Part shown: positions 1-8,024 of the stretch, piece by piece
Layout of the letters: the number at the start of each line of letters is the position of its first letter
Numbering within the stretch: the stretch's first letter is position 1
Assembly: GCA_024275415.1 (NCBI GenBank)
Contig: JAJRZD010000029.1
Coordinates: 1-15,168, forward strand
Length of the DNA: 15,168 nt
Reading direction: 5' to 3'
Origin: an archaeon
GTDB lineage: Archaea; Asgardarchaeota; Thorarchaeia; Thorarchaeales; Thorarchaeaceae
Position numbers and translations under genes: made by a program
Notes under the pieces: model-generated
What the model was told of the DNA's origin: nothing
What the model saw: only the letters and a program-made list of their open reading frames with translations
The model's database searches: none

Positions 1-56
1 CTAGAGAAATCCTGGGCCCCGAGTACCTGCCCTACCGTCAGGAGAAGCAGCTGTAA
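1..56 (+). repeat. Repeat copy 1: 3' end of an acyl-CoA dehydrogenase-like gene (AREILGPEYLPYRQEKQL*); may be the end of an intact gene lying upstream of the window
   Basis: CTAGAGAAATCCTGGGCCCCGAGTACCTGCCCTACCGTCAGGAGAAGCAGCTGTAA, 56/56 identical to 7919-7974; stop TAA at 54-56. Intactness of the upstream gene cannot be seen. Confidence 0.9.
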
Positions 57-61
57 ATCAG

Positions 62-88
62 TATGAAGGGGCCACGTGCTCCTTCGTA
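62..88. terminator. Hairpin after repeat copy 1 (possible bidirectional terminator or recombination-site element)
   Basis: TATGAAGGGGC-CACGT-GCTCCTTCGTA forms an 11-bp stem (2 G-T pairs), followed by the T-rich tract TCTTTCTCTTTT; it lies between two convergent stop codons. Confidence 0.55.
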
Positions 89-107
89 TCTTTCTCTTTT
101 TAGGCAA

Positions 108-300
108 TCAACTGCAGTCGGCATCCGATCCGTATTCCCTTTCTTCGAGTGCTCTTTTGATGACATGCTCGATCGTGCTGATAGCCAATGAATGGCAGAG
201 GGCGTAACAGAGCCACCAAAAGAGGTGTCAGGTACGGAGTAACGGCCTGCGATTTGTGAATGTCCAGTCAACCGGTGTCCCTCTCTAGTGTTGCATATGT
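108..300 (-). pseudogene. Degenerate homolog of the small HTH-like gene at 8025-8225
   Basis: Minus strand 179..108 reads STIEHVIKRALEEREYGSDADCS*, versus STIEHAIKRTLPEKEYNLDTNDI* (13/23 identical, same length). Upstream SFGGSV resembles SYGAST in another frame. The 5' limit is approximate. Confidence 0.65.
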
Positions 301-371
301 CGTTCAAAAGCACCTTCTCAGTTTGTCCTCTAGCTTGATGACTCGCAGGCATATTACTGGTGATCTCTCGT

Positions 372-1016
372 TCATAATGAGAGAGCTAAGACAAGTAGAA
401 CGACGATTCCAACTAGATACATAACGAAGTTGTAGATCGTGTATGGCACACTTCTACGAGTCAGTTGGGCAGATCTTTCCGTTGTTTCCTCAGCCGCGAA
501 AAGAGGGAGCGTATCGAGCTTCACTTTGACTCGAGCGGCATATTGTTCTGATTCATTACGTTGTTGCGTTTCGAGGTAGAGCAAAACAGGAAGGACAAAC
601 GCAGAATAAAGAACAGGCACTGCCAACAGGATCGTAGGACTGTCAAGTGCAGATAATGCAGACAGTATGGACAAAAAGGGAATTAACATGCCGAGAGGGA
701 ATAGAAACGGAAGAATGAACATTTTGATGTATGAGAACTCGAGAGGCATTTCTAGGTTTCGGACCAGAGTTGCAAGATGTTGTTTTACGCCTGAAGCAAG
801 GTCGGTATCTCGTATATTTAATATCAATGCGCCATCTTCAGAGAGAACTGTGTCGCTGACAGGTTTCCCAGATGATCCTATCTTCTCGAATTCGATCCTC
901 ACCGAGTGGAGTGGAAAATCTTCCAGCTTGTCTAGTCCAAGATCCCGATATGATGACAGAACTAGTTCTTCAGATTGATCAATACTCAATGACTTAAGCG
1001 GCTCTTCTCTATTCAC
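372..1016 (-). CDS. Hypothetical membrane protein (214 aa, soluble N-half, about 3 TM segments)
   Basis: Long ORF with hydrophobic runs FILPFLFPLGMLIPFLSILSAL, ILLAVPVLYSAFVLPVLLYL and IYNFVMYLVGIVVLLVLALSL; no family motif recognised. Confidence 0.75.
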   Translation of the reverse strand: MNREEPLKSLSIDQSEELVLSSYRDLGLDKLEDFPLHSVRIEFEKIGSSGKPVSDTVLSEDGALILNIRDTDLASGVKQHLATLVRNLEMPLEFSYIKMFILPFLFPLGMLIPFLSILSALSALDSPTILLAVPVLYSAFVLPVLLYLETQQRNESEQYAARVKVKLDTLPLFAAEETTERSAQLTRRSVPYTIYNFVMYLVGIVVLLVLALSL

Positions 1017-1285
1017 TGAAATCTCCTGAAAGTGATCCTTATCCGTAATTGCCTGAAAATGACTGAATTCTCATTTAAATAATACGGCATTTCCAGATCT
1101 GTTGCAAAACTTATGGGATGGATCATGAGAGGTAGTTTGCACGCCCCGCATTATATACCACCACCTTGAGTAATGTTTCGATGCCTCGTCTGTTGTCACG
1201 CCTTGACCTCAAGACCCCTCCCAACTTCACCTTCACAGCCTCTCTCACCGACTCCTCCTCCCGTACTGGTATCTCCTCAGGGTCT

Positions 1286-2425
1286 CTACGGTACAATCAA
1301 GGAGTCTAACTGTTCGATAGTTTCTTCTATGAAGCGTTCTAGTTCATCGCTTTCAAGGGCGGCCAGATGGTACTCGAAGTACCTTTGTCCAAGAATCTCA
1401 GGCTTCTCACCAAGCACCCCTTCGTACGATTTGAGGAGGGCAATCAACAAAACTGCTCCAAGTGCATAGCAGAGTCCAAGGAGCCATGATCCAAAGTTTG
1501 AAAATGCAAATGGGAGGGATGCGATGAATGTTGCGATAATTACAGTCGTTAATGCTGTCCGCAGGAGCATACTTGTCCTTTTCCCAAAGTGTGCTAGAGC
1601 TGCTCCAAGCACAATGAGTCCTACGAGGGCTGAAGCAGCTGCCAGTGTAAAGTATACATCTGCCTGCAATGGGGGAGAGATTGGCTGAGCAATATAGATG
1701 AGCAACGGGACGAGCCAGAGAAGGACACACTTTGCGGTTGCTAGTCTGGTTTCCATTGATTTTGCGTATTCAATTGCATTTCGCCGGTTTGGTAAAGAAT
1801 CTGCTTGCTGTCTTGAACGCAAGCATTTGCGCAAGGCGACGAAGCGTTCCTCGAACAGAACGCGATTGCTATTTGTCACAGTTATGAAGATCCAGTATGC
1901 ACCAAAGGCTCCGAAGAAGTTCAGGGTGACATCAGAAAGGACTGCTACGAGATAGAACTCCCAGACTCGTACTGCTTCGATGGTGATTGCCATTGTTGTG
2001 AATATGCCTGTTGGCAATCCTATTCCCAGTGCCATGAAGGCGCTGAGGACGATAGACCCGACCATCCATGTAGTCCTGTTCTTGGGCTGCCCATTCTGTA
2101 TCCATATCACTACGCTATCGAGCCAGAGGAATGTGAGAGAGCTTGTGATAAGTGAGATGCCAATGTAGAGGTATGTGTGCATATCAAGGAGCATGATCAT
2201 ACTTGCAAGTGTCAACCCCATCACTCTGATTACACATAACCCTCTTCCTCCTGAAACCCAGGCATTCCGTAGCAAAATCACCAGGTTAGGTACTCCAATC
2301 CTTGAAACTGGGGCAACGAATATCTCGTTGAGAAATCTCAAATTCTGCCTCCCAAGTATCTTTTCAAACCTCATGATTGCTTCATTCCGACGGTCTTCGT
2401 CGAGTGCGCAGCCTGCCATCGCCAT
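1286..2425 (-). CDS. Hypothetical polytopic membrane protein (379 aa)
   Basis: Many hydrophobic segments in two clusters separated by a charged loop; acidic C-terminal tail. The start codon is ~14 bp from repeat copy 2. Confidence 0.75.
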   Translation of the reverse strand: MAMAGCALDEDRRNEAIMRFEKILGRQNLRFLNEIFVAPVSRIGVPNLVILLRNAWVSGGRGLCVIRVMGLTLASMIMLLDMHTYLYIGISLITSSLTFLWLDSVVIWIQNGQPKNRTTWMVGSIVLSAFMALGIGLPTGIFTTMAITIEAVRVWEFYLVAVLSDVTLNFFGAFGAYWIFITVTNSNRVLFEERFVALRKCLRSRQQADSLPNRRNAIEYAKSMETRLATAKCVLLWLVPLLIYIAQPISPPLQADVYFTLAAASALVGLIVLGAALAHFGKRTSMLLRTALTTVIIATFIASLPFAFSNFGSWLLGLCYALGAVLLIALLKSYEGVLGEKPEILGQRYFEYHLAALESDELERFIEETIEQLDSLIVP

Positions 2426-2438
2426 CCTCCAGTTAGAA

Positions 2439-2476
2439 CCCGATGTCTATCCTACCGACAGGAGAAACAGCTGTAA
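2439..2476 (+). repeat. Repeat copy 2 (short, degenerate)
   Basis: CCCGATGTCTATCCTACCGACAGGAGAAACAGCTGTAA; the last 26 nt match copy 1 at 24/26 and both changes are synonymous (still YRQEKQL*). Confidence 0.8.
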
Positions 2477-2576
2477 GTTCAAGCTCGTTCCTTTCCTTTT
2501 GGATTCCTTTTATGATATCGTGGATGTTCATTAGGTCAATAGAATATCCGTATGCGTCAAACACTTTCTCACCAAC

Positions 2577-2586
2577 TTATATATAA
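2577..2586. promoter_or_regulatory. Possible archaeal TATA box (palindromic TTATATATAA)
   Basis: AT-only palindrome between divergent genes (1286-2425 minus, 2947-4236 plus); motif only, no transcription evidence. Confidence 0.25.
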
Positions 2587-2946
2587 TCACCAAATTCAGA
2601 TATCGCCAAAAGTCATCATTTGCTTGACAACTCTAAAGTTCCCATTTCGGAGTAGGATTTGCCTGAATCTAGATTCAAACTAGCACGGGTCATTAGAAAA
2701 TATGGTTTCTTTTTACGCCACCTTTTCTTGAGGGCTGAAAGGTATCCAAGTCTTGAAAGTGATTCCTCTAAGAACTCCTCCGCTATGAACCAATAGCATT
2801 TAGACTGAAAAATACTATTAAGAAACACATCTGGAGGACAGAATCAGACAACGTGCGGTTAGCATAATACAGATAGTTAATAGTGTCTGGTGTAATAACT
2901 GAATGATACTATTTGATGAAACAACTTTTGTTGGTGGATAGTTATT

Positions 2947-4236
2947 ATGTTTAGATGGGGTAGCACTGTAAAGAGTGTACGTGTGTCGAATTTTAGAAGC
3001 TTTGATGATGCGACATTCAATTTGAATGAATTCAATGTTCTAATTGGTGCAAATGCGTCAGGAAAATCCAACTTCATCTGTGTATTTCAGTTTCTCAAGG
3101 ACATTGTGGAACATGGACTTGATAATGCCATTTCTATGCAAGGGGGAATCACATACCTAGGTAATGTTAACATCGGAAGAACTAGACCGGTGCGGATAGA
3201 ACTACATGTAAAAGCACGGGGATACAGAGATGTAATCACACCAGCGAGAGAAAAGTATTTCGTGACAAACATAGATGATTTTCGGTACACCTTAGCCATT
3301 CAGTTCCATAAACGAGGTACAGGATACAAGGTAATTGAGGAGGAGCTTGCAACTGTCGTTGATGTATCAGAAACTGACAGAAGAACCTATCGAAAGGAGG
3401 AGAGAGGTCCATCAGCAAAAGGAAAAATCACATTGAAAAGAGAGAAAGATAGAGTTGTTGTTGAAACCAATCCATTCGATCTTCCAGAAGGTGACCCGTA
3501 TCTTCTAAAGTCATTCGTAAGTAATATTCTTGGCCCGGTATATTGGCTTGATTCTAGAAACACATTCATCGAAAGTGGTCCATTTAATCATCTGACATAC
3601 ATATTCGGTCAAATCATAAGAGGGTTATCCGTGTATGACTTTGACCCTAAAATATGTAAAGAAGCATCACCGATTACTGGAAAAACTGAACTTGAAGCTA
3701 ATGGGAGCAATTTGGCAATAGTATTGCAGAATATCCTGAAAACAAAAGAGAACAAAATCAAATTTACTCGGCTCCTAAAAAGGCTCTTGCCTTTTGTCGA
3801 AGACCTCAAAGTAGAAAAACGAGCGGACAAATCGCTCCTGACCAATATCTTGGAAACGTATTCAGAGAAGACACTTGTCCCCGCTCCTTTCATCTCAGAT
3901 GGTACAATCAATCTCATAGCACTGATAGTCACACTTTACTTCGAAACAAAACCATTTGTAGTCATTGAAGAACCTGAGAGGAATATTCACCCTCAGCTTA
4001 TATCACGAGTTGTTGACATGATGAAAGAGGTTTCATCGGAGAAACAGATTATTGTTACTACTCACAATCCTGAAATAGTGCGACACGCTGGAATTGAGGA
4101 TTTGCTATTATTGCGTCGAAACAGAGAGGGATTCTCGGAAGCTATCAGACCCGGAGAAATAGGGGAAGTGAGAGAATTCTTGCAACAGGATATGGGATTG
4201 GATGATTTGTATGTGGAGAATCTATTAGAGTTGTAA
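2947..4236 (+). CDS. ABC-type (AAA_15/AAA_21-like) ATPase of a putative two-gene defence module
   Basis: N-terminal VSNFRSF; Walker A LIGANASGKSN; signature-like FISDGT; Walker B/D-loop VIEEPERNIHP; H-loop VTTHNP. Confidence 0.9.
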   Translation: MFRWGSTVKSVRVSNFRSFDDATFNLNEFNVLIGANASGKSNFICVFQFLKDIVEHGLDNAISMQGGITYLGNVNIGRTRPVRIELHVKARGYRDVITPAREKYFVTNIDDFRYTLAIQFHKRGTGYKVIEEELATVVDVSETDRRTYRKEERGPSAKGKITLKREKDRVVVETNPFDLPEGDPYLLKSFVSNILGPVYWLDSRNTFIESGPFNHLTYIFGQIIRGLSVYDFDPKICKEASPITGKTELEANGSNLAIVLQNILKTKENKIKFTRLLKRLLPFVEDLKVEKRADKSLLTNILETYSEKTLVPAPFISDGTINLIALIVTLYFETKPFVVIEEPERNIHPQLISRVVDMMKEVSSEKQIIVTTHNPEIVRHAGIEDLLLLRRNREGFSEAIRPGEIGEVREFLQQDMGLDDLYVENLLEL

Positions 4237-4240
4237 GATA

Positions 4241-4773
4241 ATGATCCGCAGACTTTTCTTTCTGATTGAAGGAAACGAGGATGAAGATTTCATAACACGC
4301 ATCATCGTACCTATTATTCAAAACGAGAGATACACAATCAAGACATGGAAATACGCTGGTAAACCATGGAAAAAAACTCGTAGTCTTTTGAAGACGATTC
4401 GAAAAATGAATGGTTGTTGCTTCTTTCTTCGGGATCTTGATGACGAACCATGTGTAGTTGAGAGCCGAAAAAAACTGAGAACAAGCTTGGCAAGAATAAC
4501 GATTTCTGTAATGTGGTCGTCGTAGCTAAAGAAATCGAATCATGGTACCTAGCAGGGATTCCAGATGACCAGTGTCGGAAACACAGAATCAAAAAACCTC
4601 CACGTACCTGTGATGTGTCCAAAGAACAGTTTAACAAGCTTGTTCCAAAACGTATGACGCGGATTGAATTCATGCAGTATATCCTTGATTGTTATTGCAT
4701 AGAAACCGGGAAGAAAACAAATGCGTCTCTAAGGTATTTATTCAAGAAACTAGAAAGTGAACAAGCTATCTGA
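4241..4773 (+). pseudogene. DUF4276-like TOPRIM-type protein split by a -1 frameshift in an A7 run
   Basis: ORF 4241 has FFLIEGNEDEDF and RDLDD. The -1 frame is open from 4474 (TENKLGKNNDFCNVVVVAKEIESWYLAG) to 4773. One extra A in 4468-4474 joins them into 177 aa. Starts 4 nt after the ATPase stop. Confidence 0.75.
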
Positions 4774-4797
4774 AATCAATGTGCGACTTGATTTATT

Positions 4798-4866
4798 GTC
4801 ATCGCTATCGTTAGAGAAATCCTGGGCCCCGAATACTTGCCCTACCGTCAGGAGAAGCAGCTGTAG
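4798..4866 (+). repeat. Repeat copy 3 (core 4811-4866)
   Basis: 52/56 identical to copy 1; encodes VIA(IV)REILGPEYLPYRQEKQL*. GAG>GAA, CTG>TTG and TAA>TAG are synonymous. ATCGCT-ATCGTT looks like a 6-nt duplication inside VIAR. Confidence 0.9.
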
Positions 4867-4873
4867 ACCAGTG

Positions 4874-4902
4874 AGAAGGGGTTTCGGGCTCCGTCCCTTT
4901 CT
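4874..4902. terminator. Hairpin after repeat copy 3
   Basis: AGAAGGGG...CCCTTTCT outer stem; the inner GGGGT-TTCGG-GCTCC matches GGGGC-CACGT-GCTCC of copy 1. Confidence 0.5.
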
Positions 4903-4913
4903 TTGTAAGGTAT

Positions 4914-4985
4914 TCAAGCATCATCGACAATCAACCTGCACTCTTTCTCTGAGCCAGTTCTCTTGACGACCTGGACAATCGCTTT
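4914..4985 (-). pseudogene. 3' remnant of the small HTH-like gene family (8025-8225 homolog)
   Basis: KAIVQVVKRTGSEKECRLIVDDA* aligns without gaps to STIEHAIKRTLPEKEYNLDTNDI* (9/23). Its stop sits in TCTTTGTAAGGTATTCA, 16/17 identical to 8011-8027. Confidence 0.55.
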
Positions 4986-5079
4986 CTGGAGCCGGCAACT
5001 CCATGAGCCAGAACGGAAAGCACATTTACATATGGGGACAATATGAATCATTAGCAGGAAGACATATGGTGATACTCTT

Positions 5080-5294
5080 ATGCGTGTAGATTATGATAGA
5101 GTAGCAGATTCAGTCTATTTCAGGCTCAAGGGAGAAAAAGTATAGAGATCTCTGAGGGAGTGATCATTGATTATGACAAAAATGGGGAGATTTGCGGAAG
5201 TGAGGTGCTCACGTTTTCCAAGAGGAAGCCGAACTTGAACCAACTGGTCAAACTTGGGGATGAAGAACTGGTCTCTGAGGTTGCCACAGCGTGA
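5080..5294 (+). pseudogene. DUF2283 antitoxin-like gene with a net 10-nt deletion
   Basis: MRVDYDRVADSVYFRLKGEK...; 215 nt versus 225 nt for the intact copy at 11263-11487 (GTATAGAGATCT vs GTGGTAGAGAGTGTTGAGATCT). Confidence 0.85.
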
Positions 5295-5365
5295 TCATCT
5301 TCACAAGGCATGCTTTGGAGAGAATGAAACAACGAGGAATCTCACATGAGAAGGTTGTCAAAGCT
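5291..5365 (+). pseudogene. DUF4258-like toxin N-terminal fragment
   Basis: GTGA overlap start; MIIFTRHALERMKQRGISHEKVVKA, then runs into the stop of the convergent gene at 5358. Confidence 0.8.
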
Positions 5366-6746
5366 TGCTGCCCGGCTTCCTTTTCTTCCGCTCCTGTAAT
5401 CGAGCCTTCTTTTCTTGCCTCTCTGAGCAGACCCAGTACATTGCTGGGGATAGTACAACTATTATGAGAAATGAAGGGACTAGGGATCCCACGAAAGCAC
5501 TCAGGTCAAATCGTGGCCATACAATATACCCATTGGAACCTGTGGTCGTAGTAGTGGAGGGGAAATGTCTAGATATGAAATCATAGTATGCCTGGGGAAT
5601 TGTATGTACAGGGGTCATATAGACAGTGAATTCCTGATCGAGGACATCTAGTCGTCCAAGCAAAGCGAGGATATGGACTGCAGCACGGGCCCACTCAAGT
5701 CTTTCATCGCCAAGGTCTGCATAGGGGAATGGCAAGAATTCGCCATATGCGCTGGATTGTCGAGAGAGAACCCACGAAACGGTCGCCTCCACATCGATCT
5801 GGTCGAGGGCATTCAGGATGCTTAATGACCATACTACGCGTTCGACATCGACAATTGTACCGTCATACACAGAACCAGTGTCGTTATCCCAACTAGCGAG
5901 TTCGAAGGATATCACCTCATCGCGGTCAATAGTGTCCAAAGCTCCTAGGATTTCAAGGCCCATAAGTCCCAAGGGCACATAGTCGGGAGTCGGTTCGCCA
6001 CCTGCGATGGAAGAGAAACCGCCATTAGAATAGCATGAGAGTATGTAGGAAAGAGCCGAACTCTGGTCGATTGCATCAAGTCGGTCGAAATACTCAAGGG
6101 TATACAACGCAGAATATGTCGCAATGATGTCCTCTTCAAGGAAGGTGTCCCAAGGATTATCACTAAACCCTCCGGACGACCTCTGGGAGTGCCTGATAAA
6201 TGATTCAAAATCATCTTCGTCAAGGTTCTCAGAGATGCCTACGAGTTCGAATGCATCAACAACTGCCTTGCTAATTGTAACCTGAAATGAAGTGATACGC
6301 GAAAAGTTGACAGGCCCAAGGGACTCAACTTCTGAAGGCGGATTTATCAAGCTCTTCAGAAAGACTGAGCAATTGCTAATGTCAAAGGCGGTAGTGGCAT
6401 CCAGTAGTGATAGTGTCAAGATAGGATCGTATACATCAATGACATCATGGTAGGACATTATCCTAGGATCCGTAGGCCAATCTGATAGCGATGAGTAGAA
6501 AGCGCCTTCGTTTGCTGAGTATAGTGCTTGTATATACGAGATTATCGCATCTCGTCGCGTTGTCGTTTGGGCGTTCACATAAGAGGACTGTTTAGTGTTT
6601 GTGAGTGCCATAGATGAGTGTGTTGAGAAGATTGGAAAGGATACGAAGAGCATCATCATGATGAGAAGGGCTTTGAAGTGTTGCAATGTGATCTCTCCTT
6701 TTTCATATAAAAAAGTGGATTGAGGGATGGGAGTCCCTCTAATCAA
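5358..6746 (-). CDS. Exported, C-terminally anchored prenyltransferase/squalene-oxidase-repeat protein
   Basis: Repeats RHSQRSSGGFSD, SCYSNGGFSS and WVLSRQSSAYGEF, with D.IATYSALYTL-type helices. N-terminal signal-like stretch, Thr-rich linker, C-terminal TM helix and basic tail. The likely start is TTG at 6686, after AGGAGA. Confidence 0.8.
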   Translation of the reverse strand: MIRGTPIPQSTFLYEKGEITLQHFKALLIMMMLFVSFPIFSTHSSMALTNTKQSSYVNAQTTTRRDAIISYIQALYSANEGAFYSSLSDWPTDPRIMSYHDVIDVYDPILTLSLLDATTAFDISNCSVFLKSLINPPSEVESLGPVNFSRITSFQVTISKAVVDAFELVGISENLDEDDFESFIRHSQRSSGGFSDNPWDTFLEEDIIATYSALYTLEYFDRLDAIDQSSALSYILSCYSNGGFSSIAGGEPTPDYVPLGLMGLEILGALDTIDRDEVISFELASWDNDTGSVYDGTIVDVERVVWSLSILNALDQIDVEATVSWVLSRQSSAYGEFLPFPYADLGDERLEWARAAVHILALLGRLDVLDQEFTVYMTPVHTIPQAYYDFISRHFPSTTTTTGSNGYIVWPRFDLSAFVGSLVPSFLIIVVLSPAMYWVCSERQEKKARLQERKKRKPGSKL

Positions 6747-7701
6747 TCGTATCTATTGGACCACTACCACCACCACTGCCACCACCCGAAACTAATGAAC
6801 CGATATAGTCCCCATTGCTGTAGTAGATGAATCCATTCATTGTGGCAACAACATTGGAAACGAACAGGTTGAATGCAGCCTCTGTGATTCCATTCTTGAA
6901 GATAGTCTGAAGGATTTTGGTCATAATGCCCTTAACAGTGAATACAAGCGGGCCTGTGAAATAGGCTAGAATGGCAGATATGACAAGATTAGCTGTGAAT
7001 TTTGCATCAGCCAACAAGCTCTCAAGCAGCCAAATGGATCTGCTATATGCTGTTTCCGCACCGTATCCATAGTAGTCACCGTTATACTGCAAACCAGCCA
7101 TATGCTGCCACCAGAAGTTCGACACCAGAAAGGTTGTGGCAAACAGCTCTGCTGCACCCTTGAATCCGATCACCGCCTTTGCAGGGGTCTTTTGCAGAAT
7201 GGCATCCGCCAATCGTCGATCCAAGTTATTGCTTCCGAATGAATAACAAGATGCTAGCAATACGAGTTCGCAGGTCCCATAAGAAGTTCCCCAAAACCTA
7301 GAGGTGCTAGTCTTCAAGTCCGTGCTACCATATAGATCTACAACAGGACCAGAGGAAGAGGTATATGAACCATGGCTTACTATTTGCACACGGTCACGAT
7401 AACGGATATCGGACTTGAACCGGGAGTACGTTACTGCACTATTAAGCCTCTCGTACACACTTACTGTGTCAGAGTCTGCGTACCAATCGTTATATGTATC
7501 AAACGCTGCAACTGAACTCAAATGTACATCATTTATGGCGTCCGAAGTGTCTCTCGACATGACTGAAACTGATTTCAAAGTGATGAAATTAGGGGTTGCT
7601 GTTGTAAAAGTCGTTAGCGAATTCAGTGCGGGTAATGCAAAAGATAGGACAAACAGCGGTAACAATACATACAGCACTATTATCTTATTCTTTGCATTCA
7701 A
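6739..7701 (-). CDS. Secreted protein with a clan-CD (CHAT/caspase/gingipain-like) His-Cys motif pair
   Basis: Signal peptide MNAKNKIIVLYVLLPLFVLSFALPA; motifs QIVSHG, LVLLASCYS and LADAILQKTPAKAVIGF; SGGGSGGGSG tail; TTG start with GGAGGA upstream. Confidence 0.65.
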   Translation of the reverse strand: MNAKNKIIVLYVLLPLFVLSFALPALNSLTTFTTATPNFITLKSVSVMSRDTSDAINDVHLSSVAAFDTYNDWYADSDTVSVYERLNSAVTYSRFKSDIRYRDRVQIVSHGSYTSSSGPVVDLYGSTDLKTSTSRFWGTSYGTCELVLLASCYSFGSNNLDRRLADAILQKTPAKAVIGFKGAAELFATTFLVSNFWWQHMAGLQYNGDYYGYGAETAYSRSIWLLESLLADAKFTANLVISAILAYFTGPLVFTVKGIMTKILQTIFKNGITEAAFNLFVSNVVATMNGFIYYSNGDYIGSLVSGGGSGGGSGPIDTID

Positions 7702-7810
7702 TTACTTTCCTCCTGAAGCAAAACCTCAATAGATGAGGCTAGTCTTTTATTCGGCTTCAAATCTTATTAGTCTTTTCTCTGAACTTCACCTCAGAACCTG
7801 TCTAACCTGA

Positions 7811-7974
7811 GTATCTGGTTACACGAAACAGTACCCACTAGAAACAGCCTACAGGAGCAATCGTATACATACGATTGGTGCTGAAGGTGATGCTTATTTG
7901 CAAAAAAAAACGTTATAGCTAGAGAAATCCTGGGCCCCGAGTACCTGCCCTACCGTCAGGAGAAGCAGCTGTAA
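7811..7974 (+). pseudogene. Repeat copy 4: C-terminal fragment of an acyl-CoA dehydrogenase (core 7919-7974)
   Basis: VSGYTKQYPLETAYRSNRIHTIGAEGDAYLQK, a frameshift in the A9 run 7902-7910, then NVIAREILGPEYLPYRQEKQL*. Matches the ACAD C-terminal pattern GY.K.YP.E..YR..RI..I..G....Q+.VIAR. Confidence 0.8.
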
Positions 7975-7980
7975 TTCATT

Positions 7981-8005
7981 GGAGGGATCCTCGAGCTCCT
8001 TCTCC
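7981..8005. terminator. Hairpin after repeat copy 4
   Basis: GGAG-GGA..TCC-TT-CTCC imperfect stem around CTCGA, between convergent stops 7972-7974 and 8025-8027. Confidence 0.45.
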
Positions 8006-8024
8006 GTCTTTCTTTGTAAGGCAT

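Larger units (their letters stand above)
5015..5365 (+). repeat. Diverged duplicate of 11195-11558 (TA upstream region + DUF2283 + start of DUF4258)
   Basis: Shared blocks include GGAAAGCACAT, ATATGAATCATTAGCAGGA, GTCTATTTCAGGCTCAAGGGAGAAA, GAGATCTCTGAGGGAGTGATCATTGATT, ACTTGAACCAACTGGTCAAA and GTGATCATCTTCACAAG. Confidence 0.9.

Noticed and set aside
1-110. tRNA or tmRNA fragment as att site, or a SECIS element in the hairpin
   Set aside because: No T-arm (GTTCRA) or CCA pattern. The hairpins are too short and lack the SECIS core and apical A arrangement. Variation is synonymous in a reading frame.
38-352. 104-aa minus-strand ORF
   Set aside because: A chimeric frame running through a frameshifted HTH-gene remnant and antisense through the repeat.
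2616-2828. 70-aa minus-strand ORF after repeat 2
   Set aside because: No motif recognised and no convincing start; it may be a gene fragment but cannot be supported.
4757-4966. 69-aa plus-strand ORF across repeat 3
   Set aside because: An out-of-frame reading of the repeat and hairpin; no homologous ORF at the other copies.
2432-7918. Classical integron attC sites (GTTAGAA at 2432, GTTAGAG at 4810 and GTTATAG at 7912 resemble GTTRRRY)
   Set aside because: The offsets from the repeat's stop codon differ, the motif is absent in copy 5, I found no complementary R'' box or long imperfect palindrome, and GTT ATA is explained as the ACAD V-I codons.
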